In this document: positions 1-8,966 of the stretch, piece after piece
Layout of the letters: the number at the start of each line of letters is the position of its first letter
How positions within the stretch are numbered: position 1 is the stretch's first letter
Source of the DNA: an uncultured Gemmatimonadales bacterium
Lineage (GTDB): Bacteria; Gemmatimonadota; Gemmatimonadetes; Longimicrobiales; RSA9
Direction of reading: 5' to 3'
Assembly (NCBI GenBank): GCA_963798085.1
Contig: CAWCRS010000007.1
Coordinates: 768,001-832,000 of the forward strand
Length of the DNA stretch: 64,000 bases
Position numbers and translations under genes: made by a program
The notes under the pieces: model-generated
What the model was told of the DNA's origin: nothing
Seen by the model: only the letters and a program-made list of their open reading frames with translations
The model's database searches: none

Positions 1-123
1 CGTTACGCTGACTTGTGCAAGTAAGAACTAGGGCGCGGCTTGAGATCATTGTTCCCTGGCAACATGGGCGGCGAGCGCCGAAGCGGCTGAGCTAGTCGAA
101 GAGATACTGATTGTGCAACCGCA

Positions 124-510
124 ATGAACGGTCTGGCCAGCCGTTTCGTAACCGCAGCCATGAACATTCTCAGTGACCATCAGCTAGCATATCTGCTCGA
201 GTCGGCGTTCCTTGTATTCTTCGCAGTGGGGTTGCTGAAAGATCTGCGCGATCGACGTCGGGCACGAGCCTCGAGCATAAAGGCGGTGGTAACGCGCGGT
301 GAAAGGAGCTTTGGTCACATCGCGTCCGCTTTCGCAGCGGGAGTGTTCCTAATCAACTTTATCGTCACGCAGACAGACGCGTTCGGGAGCTACAGACTTG
401 CAGTGGCCACGTTTGACTTCGCCGCTTGGGCCTGGGCCAGCTTCCTCTTTGGATGGTGGCGGAACAGGGTCGTCAGCTTCATGGACGGCCTCCACCGAGA
501 CAACCACTGA
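124..510 (+). CDS. Hypothetical membrane protein (about 3 TM helices)
   Basis: 128-aa ORF (alternative ATG at 160) with three hydrophobic stretches, in a visibly more AT-rich segment; no family recognised. Confidence 0.6.
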   Translation: MNGLASRFVTAAMNILSDHQLAYLLESAFLVFFAVGLLKDLRDRRRARASSIKAVVTRGERSFGHIASAFAAGVFLINFIVTQTDAFGSYRLAVATFDFAAWAWASFLFGWWRNRVVSFMDGLHRDNH

Positions 511-562
511 GGATTGACACAGAAGGGCTTTTGGCGTGAGATGTCCGAGCAACTCCGCGCGA

Positions 563-676
563 CTGGATTTACCGCGCACATTCGTTGGCTTCAGTAGTAC
601 AGACATCCGAAGCTAGAGATTGATGCTGGCTTGGAAGGCCAACGAAAAGATCGATTTCAACTTCTGCGACTGCGAT
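563..676 (+). pseudogene. Remnant of a ThsB-like (DUF1863/MTH538-type) TIR-domain gene
   Basis: The frame of ORF 620..883 extended upstream reads LDLPRTFVGFSSTDIRS*RLMLAWKANEKIDFNFCDC, with TAG at 614-616. This resembles the N-terminus of ThsB-type TIR proteins; similarity is lost after about 676. Confidence 0.65.
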
Positions 677-1096
677 CCGCGCCCTGACCCGACCCTGAGG
701 TCGCCGCGGGAGTTGGCAACGTACAATGCGCGGAACGGACATCCGCTTGCACCGGCGCCGTTGAGAGCGCCTTCGAAGAGTGCGGATAGAAGAGTGGTCC
801 GGGGGCGCGTGCCGACCTTGGTCGGCTGGAGTCCACCACGTTGGACCCTTCACACCGAGTGCCTTCTCATAGACGGGCGCTGAGGACGTCGGAATCCTTA
901 CCCGGAAGCGGGGAGCGAGTGGGGGGCTGGTGGCGTGGATTGTGGCGGGGACTTTCGTGACGCATTGTACGGACGTGGAAGGGTCGGGGCGCCGCGTGTT
1001 GATCCGGCCACTGTGTCCGTGGCGGCCCCTGTGTTGAAGGATGCGTTCCCATGCTGGACATCCGATCCAGAGCTGCGACGCGGGAGGAGTGCGACA

Positions 1097-1492
1097 ATGG
1101 CGGTGAAGGCGGCGACACATCTCATGTTCGAAGGCGATGCGACGGCGGCGCTCGAGCTGTATGGGGCGGTGTTCCCGGCGTTCCGGGTGGAACATGTGGA
1201 GCGTTACGCGGCGGGTGAAGCCGGTGCGGAAGGGACCGTGAGGCTGGCTTCGGCTTCGCTGGGCGGGCACGCGCTCATCGTCATCGACAGTCCGGTGAAG
1301 CACGGTTTCACGTTCACGCCGGCAATGTCGCTGTTCGTCGAGTGCGAAAGTGCCGAGGAACTGGACGCGGCCTTCGCCACGCTTTCTGCGGGCGGCCAGG
1401 TCTTCATGCCGCTGGACAACTACGGCTTCAGCCGTCGCTTCGGCTGGTGCAGCGATCGCTTTGGCGTGTCGTGGCAGCTCAACCTCGCCTGA
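1097..1492 (+). CDS. VOC family protein (PhnB / 3-demethylubiquinone-9 3-methyltransferase-like)
   Basis: GGAGG RBS at 1083; HLMFEGDA, FTFTPAMSLFV and FGWCSDRFGVSWQL motifs. Confidence 0.9.
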   Translation: MAVKAATHLMFEGDATAALELYGAVFPAFRVEHVERYAAGEAGAEGTVRLASASLGGHALIVIDSPVKHGFTFTPAMSLFVECESAEELDAAFATLSAGGQVFMPLDNYGFSRRFGWCSDRFGVSWQLNLA

Positions 1493-1600
1493 GCGGCGGT
1501 GGCGCCTGTCCGAATGCACAGTCGTGTCCGTCCGGCGTGACCTGCGTCCTGTGCTGCGGCCAGCCATGAGGCGGGCAGGCCGGCAACGAGCATCAGGCGC

Positions 1601-2344
1601 GTGATCAAACGCCCTCGCGGCCTGCTCTTCGACTACGGTGGCACGCTGGTCGAGGAGGTTGCGTTCGACAGGCGGGCGGGCATCGAGCTGCTGCTCGCGC
1701 ACAGCGTGGAGCGGCGCGCGGGCGTCAGCCCCGACGAGATCATCGAGCGCGCCGAGCGCGTGACGCGGGAGGTGGCCGATCGTCGCGATCAGCTCGGCAT
1801 CGAGACGCCGTGGGCTTCCCTGACGCGGCTGATTCACGACTATTTCGGGACCCGGTTCGATGCTCCACTGGCCGAGCTGGAACTCGCGTTCTGGAACGCG
1901 GCCGTGCAGACCCGGCCAATGCCGGGTGTGCGCGAGGCGCTCGACGCATTCCAGCGCTCCGGCATCGCCATGGGTGTGGTGAGTAACACCCTGTTCGGGC
2001 ACAACGTCATACGACACGAGCTCGCGAAACACGATCTTGCCGACTACATGGCTTTTGTCATTGCCTCCGCCGATTACGCGGTACGCAAACCGGATCCGCT
2101 GCTGCTCGAGGTCGCCGCGGCGCGACTGGGTGTGCCACGCAGTGAAGTGTGGTTCGTCGGCGACCGGCTGGACACCGATGTCAGAGGCGCGCGCGCCGCC
2201 GGCATGACGGCCGTCTGGTTCGGACCGGACGCCGGGACGCAGCACCCGGACGCAGACCTGCACGCTGCCACGTGGGGCGACGTCGCCGGCATGGTCCGCG
2301 CAGCCGCAGCCGCGGTGAGCCCGACCGTGGCACCCGTGCCGTGA
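1601..2344 (+). CDS. HAD-superfamily hydrolase
   Basis: LLFDYGGTL motif I, VVSN, RKPDP and FVGDRLDTDV motifs. Confidence 0.9.
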   Translation: MIKRPRGLLFDYGGTLVEEVAFDRRAGIELLLAHSVERRAGVSPDEIIERAERVTREVADRRDQLGIETPWASLTRLIHDYFGTRFDAPLAELELAFWNAAVQTRPMPGVREALDAFQRSGIAMGVVSNTLFGHNVIRHELAKHDLADYMAFVIASADYAVRKPDPLLLEVAAARLGVPRSEVWFVGDRLDTDVRGARAAGMTAVWFGPDAGTQHPDADLHAATWGDVAGMVRAAAAAVSPTVAPVP

Positions 2345-2439
2345 GCCGGCTGCCACTCGACTCGCGAACCCGCCAGCGTGCAGCCGGCGCCGCACTTGGC
2401 GTGACTTCACGCTGGCTGACATGACAACGAGTCGGTCGC

Positions 2440-2967
2440 ATGGCGTTCGATCCATCCTCTGATTTCGACATTGCGGCACTCCATGCTGCGCTCAATGCGC
2501 AACGCCGCGCTCTGGGCATGAGCTGGCCACAGGCAGCACTCGCCATCAGTGCCGCATTCGGTCGCGCACGCAATCGACCGCTCAGTCCATCCACACTGAC
2601 CGGCATGACCCGGAGAACAGTGCTGGAAGGCGATGGCGTCCTGCAGATGCTGCGCTGGCTGAATCGAACACCCGAGAGCTTCACACGCGGTGGCCCCGCC
2701 GCGAGAGCGGACGGCGCCGCGTTGCCGGCTGTGGGCCGCGAAGAAATATTGCGTTTTGACGCGGCCGCCTTGTACGCGGCGCTGGATGCGCAGCGACTCG
2801 AACGCGCACTTACCTGGAAACAGGTCGCGAGCGAAATCGGCGGCATCAGCGCGGCCACGCTGACACAACTGGCAAAAGGCGGAAGAACGGGGTTTCCGCA
2901 CGTCATGCGCATGACCCGCTGGCTGGGCCGGCCAGCCGCGCATTTCACGCGCGGTTTCGATCGCTGA
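2440..2967 (+). CDS. Hypothetical protein with two tandem Cro/C1-like HTH repeats
   Basis: Two homologous halves: FDxAALxAALxAQR..xW.Q.A.....RWL.R....FT. Confidence 0.75.
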   Translation: MAFDPSSDFDIAALHAALNAQRRALGMSWPQAALAISAAFGRARNRPLSPSTLTGMTRRTVLEGDGVLQMLRWLNRTPESFTRGGPAARADGAALPAVGREEILRFDAAALYAALDAQRLERALTWKQVASEIGGISAATLTQLAKGGRTGFPHVMRMTRWLGRPAAHFTRGFDR

Positions 2968-3102
2968 AGCCTGCCTGCGATCGCGAGAGCAGCGGCCCCG
3001 CACCAGAAGACGACCGCCCGACCGCCCCACTGCCCTCCCACCACTCCGCGGTGAATCAACCCCCCAAAACGCCGTACTCCGCGCCCTCCTCCCACTCAGC
3101 GG

Positions 3103-4375
3103 TCAGCGTTGTTTCCGGAGAACGCGTGAGATGAGACTGCTCTTCGCGGACTGTGCGACGCGGGCATTGTGCGCGCGCTGGTACAGGTACTTCGCATCCC
3201 GCTCGCCGACTTCGAGCGATGCGAACTGCTGCGCCATTTCCTGCAGGTCCTGCTGCTCTTCTTCCAGCCCCGCGTCCGTATAGGGAGATGCGGCGAAGCA
3301 CGCGAAGCTCGCGTGCAGCGCGCTGGCGGCCGCGGGCGCGTCGCCGGCACGGTAGTGCTCGATCGCCTGCTCCCGTGCCCGTGCCGCGTCGAGATAGAGC
3401 ATCTCCTTGCGCACCTCCGGATCAATGCGCGGACCGTCGGCCAGCGAGATGCTGAGCGGCAGGCGGATGTCGGATTGCGCGATGCCGGCTGCGGCTACCA
3501 CCTGTGCACTCACGACAATGTCCGCGAGCAGCACGGCATCCCGGGTATCGCCGGTCGACTGCAGTCTGAATTCGATCAGCAGACTGCGGGGCTCACGCAC
3601 GTAGAGATCGCCAATGTCGAGCCGCAGCACGCGTCCCTGCGTGGTGCGCGGATAGCCGTGGTGCACGGCAACGAGCTGCGCCGCAGGCGAGGGATCGATG
3701 GTGACGGCGAGGTTCTGGGCGCAGAGAATGGAGCAGGCCTTCGGCTTCGTCGGCAAAGATGCCCGCCGCCTGATCGGGCTTCTCGATGTAGTAGAGATTG
3801 CCGCCACCAGCCTCGGCCATGGCGCGCAGCAGCGACTCGTCGTAATCCTCGCCGAAGCCGATTGCCGTAGTCGAGATGCCGTTCTCCCGCGCGCTCGCGC
3901 ACATCCCCACGAGTGAGGGGGCATCCGTGATGCCGACGTTCGCCAGGCCGTCGGTCAGCAGCAGGATGCGGTGTGCGCCGGACTGGCCGCGCGCACGCGC
4001 CACCAGCTCGCGGCCCCGCAGCCAGCCGCCGCTCAGGTTCGTGGACCCGCCGGACTCAATGCGTTCGATGCGCTGCGCCAGATCCTGCTGCGCAGTGCCC
4101 GTGGCCGGCTCGGCTACCGTCGCAACGTCCTGATCGTAGGCGACGACACTAACCACGTCTTCGGAGCGCAGCCTGCGCACCAGCATGGCCGCCGCCTGCC
4201 GCGCCGCCTCCAGCTTGGGGCCCGCCATGGAGCCGGAGCGGTCGAGCACGATCGCCAGGTTGACCGGCGCGCGACCGCCGGCGGGTGGTGCTTCGCCTTC
4301 AATGCGCAGCAGCGCGCGGATGGTGTGCTGGCCGGGGGCGGGGACTTCGTCGTCCAGGAGAATCGTGGTCTTCAT
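3103..4375 (-). CDS. vWA domain protein (YfbK/Ca-activated chloride channel homolog-like), frameshifted near 3730
   Basis: MIDAS motifs LDRSGSM, GSTNL, LLTDG; continues into frame 3103..3924 (AQNLAVTI...); GGAGG RBS. Confidence 0.85.
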
Positions 4376-4413
4376 CTGCGCAGCCTCCGTTGTCTGGGAA
4401 CCGAGCCCAACAG

Positions 4414-4435
4414 AAGATGGCAGGGGGGTGTGACA
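4414..4435 (-). promoter_or_regulatory. Putative PafBC/WYL-type promoter motif TGTCAC-N10-CATCTT
   Basis: Minus strand reads TGTCAC acccccctgc CATCTT about 40 nt upstream of the vWA start. Confidence 0.45.
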
Positions 4436-4456
4436 GTGACGCGCCGTGAACGCGGG

Positions 4457-7177
4457 TCAGCCGGTGAGCAGACTCCGGACCAGGTTCGAGCGAACCACGC
4501 GCCGCGCGGGCAGCACCGTGGCCACTGCGGCCGCCGCGGCGAGTGTGAGCACGGCGACTGCGTACGTGATGGGATCGCCCGTGCCGATGCCGAACACGAA
4601 ACGCTGGAGACTGATGCTCAGCAGTCGAGCCGCCAGCAGGCCGGCACCGAGACCCAGCAGCACGGGTGCGATCATGCCCCGCGTGACCAACCGCATGACA
4701 TCGCCACGCTGCGCACCCAGTACCATGCGCAGTGACAGATCACGCCGCCGCTGGGCCACGAGATAGCCGATGACGCCGTAGATGCCGACAACGGCAAGCA
4801 CCATAGCCACCACACCGAACGTGCCGAGCAGCCACGCGGCAGCGCGCAGTGGCGCAAGGGCCGCAGAGTACCTGTGGCGCAGTGTGCGCGCTGACGATAC
4901 GGCAACCGCCGGATCCAGTTCACGCATCAGCGCGCGCAGCGGGGCCAGCAGCGCGACCGCGCGACCGCGCGTGCGCACCAGCACGGTGACAGGTGGCGCA
5001 AAGCCCTGTTCCCGGCCCGGCAGGATCGTCTCGGGAAGCAGCGCGAACGGCCGCGTACCCACATCGATGCCGTGCCACGCGGTGCGCCGGATGACGCCCG
5101 TCACACGCAATGGCGCATCGCCTGTCCCCCCGAAGCGCACGGTGCCGCCGACCGGATCACGGCCCTGCCACCAGCGCGCGGCCATGGTCTCGTCGATGAT
5201 CACGACGTGCGCGCCGCTTGTGATCTCGGCGTCCGTGAAATCGCGGCCCGCCACCAGCGGCAGACCAAGCGCGCGCAGATAGCCTGGACCCACCGCCGCA
5301 TAGTCGACGCGCACCTCCTCGTCCGGCGCGGGCTGGTAGCCGTCAATGCTGGCGAATGTCGCGGTGCCGCCTGCCTGCAGCGGGACCTGCGCACCGCTGC
5401 CAACCGCCTGTACGCCGGGAAGCGCACGAGCGCGCTCCGACAGCTGCGCCAGCAGAGCCGCTGTGCGTACCTGCGAATAACGGTTCATTGCGGGGTCGAT
5501 CGTGAGCAGGGCCAGTCCATCAATGTCGAATCCGATGTCCACATCCAGGCGGTTGCGCAGACTGCGCAGGAACAGGCCTGCGCCCGTGATCAGCACCACA
5601 CCGGCTGCCAGCTGCACAGCGACCAGCACGGAGCGCATCCGCACATTGCGCCGCGTGTCTCCGCTGCGACCTTCGCGCAGCACGCCCGCCAGATCCGCAC
5701 GGGCCGCCAGCAGCGCCGGCACCGAGCCGAAAAGCAGGCCGGTCAGCACGGACAGCCCCACTGTGACCAGGACCACGCGCACATTGAGCGTGGCGCCGGC
5801 ACTGCTCACGACGAAGCCGGAGGGCAGCTCGAAGCCGCTGATCAGCCGGAGCACCAGGCGCGCCAGGCCCAGCGCCACCAGACCACCCAGCAGAGACAGC
5901 AGCAGGCTCTCGGTGAGCTGCTGGCGCAGCAGCCGGACCCGCCCCGCGCCCAGAGCCAGACGTACACCGGTTTCCTGGCGCCGGGTCGTGGTCCGTGCCA
6001 ACAGCAGGTTAGCCAGATTGGCGCAGGCCAGCAGCAGTGTCAGACCCACCACACCCTGGAGCACGGCCAGGAAGGCGCTGATCGCCACCCCGCCACCCGG
6101 CAGGATGCGCCGTTCGAGAGGTTCGACCGTGACACGGCGGGAGCCGCGCGCCGCGGAATCCTCCACCAGCAGCTGGTCCGAGACGCGCAGCAGATCCGTG
6201 CCCGCCTGCTCCACCGTTGCGCCCGGACGCAGGCGGCCGACCAGCCCGGGGATCCAGCGCATGGCACGCTCCTCGAACGTGCTCGCGTCGAACCCGTCCG
6301 GCATGAGCTGCGGCAGACCCTGCAGCGGCAGCCACACATCCGGCACCTGTCCCAGCATCAGACCATCGAAGCCGGAGGGCGCCACGCCCACCACCTGGTA
6401 CGCCACGCCGTCCAGATGCACCGTGCGCCCGACCACGTTCGGGTCGGCGCCGAAGCGCGTGCGCCAGTACGCGTGCGAAAGGACCGCCACCGCGTGGTCC
6501 GCCCCTTGCCCATCATCATCGGGCTGCAGCAGCCGCCCCAGTACGGGGCGCAGCCGCAGGACCGGGAAGTAATTGCCTGTTACCATCTCAGCCACGGCCA
6601 TTTCGGTCCCTGCGCCATCGCCCACCGCCACTTCGTACGCCGTGTACGCGGCCAGATCGCCGAGGCGGGTGGAGCGGGCGCGGTACTCCTGATAGTCCGG
6701 CCACGAGGACGCCGAGTGCGGATCGCCCCGCCGCGAGGTGGTCCAGACCGCAACCAGACTGGCAGGATCGGGAACCGCCGGCGAGCGCAGCAGCGCCGCT
6801 TCCACCAGGCTGAAGATCAGCGCGTTCGCGCCAATGCCCAGGGCCAGCGTGAGCACCGCGATCATTGCGAACACGGGAGTTCGCCGCAGGCCTCGCCAGG
6901 CGTAACGCATGTCCTGCCGCACGGACTCCAGGAACCAGATCAGGCGACGACGCCGCGCCACGTGTTCGTCAATGCGCAGACAGGCATCGCGAATGGCCTG
7001 CGCATCGCCGAATGCCGCGATGGCCAGCCGCCTGGCCTCTTCCGCGCTCAGGCCCCCGGCGCGCAGCTCACGCTCTCGCATCGCCAGGTGAAACGCGATC
7101 TCCTCCGTGACGTCACGCTGCGCATCCGGCTGCTGCCGTGTGATGCGGAATCCCGGGCGGAATCGACGCTTCGTCAT
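4457..7177 (-). CDS. ADOP-family duplicated ABC permease (MacB/FtsX-like) with N-terminal permease-prefix domain
   Basis: EEIAFHL..R prefix, QDMRYAWRGLRRTP, LALGIGANALIFS, ACANLANLLLAR and two FtsX modules. Confidence 0.92.
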   Translation of the reverse strand: MTKRRFRPGFRITRQQPDAQRDVTEEIAFHLAMRERELRAGGLSAEEARRLAIAAFGDAQAIRDACLRIDEHVARRRRLIWFLESVRQDMRYAWRGLRRTPVFAMIAVLTLALGIGANALIFSLVEAALLRSPAVPDPASLVAVWTTSRRGDPHSASSWPDYQEYRARSTRLGDLAAYTAYEVAVGDGAGTEMAVAEMVTGNYFPVLRLRPVLGRLLQPDDDGQGADHAVAVLSHAYWRTRFGADPNVVGRTVHLDGVAYQVVGVAPSGFDGLMLGQVPDVWLPLQGLPQLMPDGFDASTFEERAMRWIPGLVGRLRPGATVEQAGTDLLRVSDQLLVEDSAARGSRRVTVEPLERRILPGGGVAISAFLAVLQGVVGLTLLLACANLANLLLARTTTRRQETGVRLALGAGRVRLLRQQLTESLLLSLLGGLVALGLARLVLRLISGFELPSGFVVSSAGATLNVRVVLVTVGLSVLTGLLFGSVPALLAARADLAGVLREGRSGDTRRNVRMRSVLVAVQLAAGVVLITGAGLFLRSLRNRLDVDIGFDIDGLALLTIDPAMNRYSQVRTAALLAQLSERARALPGVQAVGSGAQVPLQAGGTATFASIDGYQPAPDEEVRVDYAAVGPGYLRALGLPLVAGRDFTDAEITSGAHVVIIDETMAARWWQGRDPVGGTVRFGGTGDAPLRVTGVIRRTAWHGIDVGTRPFALLPETILPGREQGFAPPVTVLVRTRGRAVALLAPLRALMRELDPAVAVSSARTLRHRYSAALAPLRAAAWLLGTFGVVAMVLAVVGIYGVIGYLVAQRRRDLSLRMVLGAQRGDVMRLVTRGMIAPVLLGLGAGLLAARLLSISLQRFVFGIGTGDPITYAVAVLTLAAAAAVATVLPARRVVRSNLVRSLLTG

Positions 7178-7512
7178 GCCCGGCTTCGCTGCGCGCCCAG
7201 CACCGCCTCCACCGCCGTCGCGTGCTCACGCCAGCGATCGCGCTCGGCCGCCAGCCGGCGCCGGCCCGCAGCCGTCAGCCGATAGAACTTCGCCTGCCGC
7301 CCCAGCTCCGAGGCACCCCAGCGCGCAGCCACCAGCCGTTGCCGCTCCAGGCGGTGCAGCGCCGGATACAGCGCGCCTTCCTCAATGCGCAAAACATCAC
7401 GGCTCTGCTGCCGCAGCCAGCGCCCGATCGCGTAGCCGTGCAGCGGTTCGCTCTCCAGCGCCTGCAGCATCAGCAGGTCCAGCGTTCCCGTAAAGACATT
7501 GCTTCCCGACAC
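7174..7512 (-). CDS. PadR-family transcriptional regulator
   Basis: GTLDLLML, HGYAI, EEGALYPALHRLE, AKFYRLT; GTG start; stop overlaps the permease ATG. Confidence 0.92.
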   Translation of the reverse strand: MSGSNVFTGTLDLLMLQALESEPLHGYAIGRWLRQQSRDVLRIEEGALYPALHRLERQRLVAARWGASELGRQAKFYRLTAAGRRRLAAERDRWREHATAVEAVLGAQRSRA

Positions 7513-7537
7513 GCGTCGCCTCGCTCCGGTTGCCTGA

Positions 7538-7588
7538 TACCTTGGTGACTGAGGTAATCTGGCGCGGGATACCTCAGTGAGCAAGGGG
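7538..7588. promoter_or_regulatory. Pair of imperfect palindromes, putative PadR operators
   Basis: TACCTTGGTGACTGAGGTA (7538-7556) and TACCTCAGTGAGCAAGGGG (7570-7588) are near reverse complements of each other. Confidence 0.6.
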
Positions 7589-7677
7589 AGGGGCCGACGG
7601 CCGCCGCGGCGCGCGGCTGCGCACGCCTGGCGATCCGGCGGCGCTGCTACCGGCGGTCGCGCGCCGTCGTCCACAAC

Positions 7678-7890
7678 ATGAATGCATCCGCCCCGGTCCG
7701 GACCGCGGGTACGATGCGCGCAGCCGTGGACCGCTCGCTCGCGGTGCGCAGCTTCACGCTGGACCTGCTGCAGGCGTTCGGATTGCTGGCGCTGTTCCTG
7801 GCGTGCGTCGGCGTCTACGGCGTGACGTCGCTGTCGGTGACCGAGCGCAATCGCGAGATCGGCCTGCGCAAGGCGCTCGGTGCGCGCTCA
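7678..7890 (+). pseudogene. Orphan C-terminal fragment of an ADOP/FtsX permease
   Basis: FGLLALFLACVGVYGVTSLSVTERNREIGLRKALGA matches the C-terminal module of the full permeases in this window; no N-terminal part; runs into the SDR 3' end. Confidence 0.75.
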
Positions 7891-7892
7891 CC

Positions 7893-8651
7893 TCAGCGGC
7901 CGCCCGCCACGCGAATGACTTCGCCCGTGATGTAGGAGGCAGCGCCGGACGCGAGGAACAGCACGGCGTGCCCAATGTCCTCGGCGGTGCCGAGTCGGCG
8001 CAGCGGGATCGACTCGACCAGTCTGCGCTGGCCTTCCTCGCCGTAGGACTGCCATTGCCGCTCGGTGTTCGGGTTGGAGCGCACGAAGCCGGGCGCAATG
8101 CTGTTCACCGTAATGCCGAACGGCCCCAGTTCGTGCGCCAGCTGACGCGTGAGCGAGAGGAGTGCGGCCTTGGCCGCGGCATACGCCTGGATGCCAGTGA
8201 GACTGACGGTGATGCCGGCGCCACTGGAGATGTTGACGATGCGTCCCGTCTGCAGACGCTTCATGTGCGGCACGACGGCCTGCGCGAGAAAGAACGCACC
8301 GTTCAGGTTCACATCGATGATGGCGCGCCAGTCGGCTTCGCTGACGTCTTCGACCGGGCGCCCCACCTGACCCAGCACACCGCCCGCGTTGTTGACCAGG
8401 ATGTGGACGCCAGTTCCCGCCGCTGCGGCTTCCTCGACGACTGCGCGGCAGGCACTGCGATCCGTAACATCGAGTTGCCGGGCGGTACAGGATGCGCCGC
8501 ACAGTGCGGCGGTCTCGCGCACCTCTTCGGCGAGGATGTCGCAGCACCAGACGCGGGCGCCCGCCTCTGCCAGCTGCCGGCTGATCTCGCGGCCGAAGCC
8601 GTGCGCGGCACCGGTCACGATGGCGGTCTGTCCGTCGAGTCGAGCGTCCAT
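7893..8651 (-). CDS. SDR family NAD(P)-dependent oxidoreductase (FabG-like)
   Basis: TGAAHGFG, NNAG, YAAAK and NSIAPG motifs. Confidence 0.92.
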   Translation of the reverse strand: MDARLDGQTAIVTGAAHGFGREISRQLAEAGARVWCCDILAEEVRETAALCGASCTARQLDVTDRSACRAVVEEAAAAGTGVHILVNNAGGVLGQVGRPVEDVSEADWRAIIDVNLNGAFFLAQAVVPHMKRLQTGRIVNISSGAGITVSLTGIQAYAAAKAALLSLTRQLAHELGPFGITVNSIAPGFVRSNPNTERQWQSYGEEGQRRLVESIPLRRLGTAEDIGHAVLFLASGAASYITGEVIRVAGGR

Positions 8652-8966
8652 GCCGTTCTCCCTGAGCGTGCTCTGTCGTCCCGGAGGTTGCCGGTGTTCC
8701 CGAGCAGCCCGCAAGGGGCGGCAGGCATGTCCGCGAACTCGCCTCAGCGCCCGTTCCGGTCAGGCGCGGCAGCCGCGCGTCCAGCCTGCATCCGCAATCT
8801 CGCGTTAACGGTGCGCTTTGCCGGATTGCCCTGCGCGGTCCGCCGCAGCATGATGCTGCCAATGGCCAGGAAGATCACGGCGCGGGGCAGGTTCCTGCTG
8901 GAGAGTATGGACAGCCGGCCGGCCCGTCCGGGCTGCGCATGCTTTCGTCGAAGATCGGGAGACATC

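Noticed and set aside
620..883. Intact 87-aa CDS
   Set aside because: Only the first ~19 codons are TIR-like; treated as part of a pseudogene
900..3100. G-rich and C-rich intergenic tracts (about 905-990 and 3010-3095) as a repeat family or G-quadruplex
   Set aside because: No alignable identity between the tracts; composition bias alone
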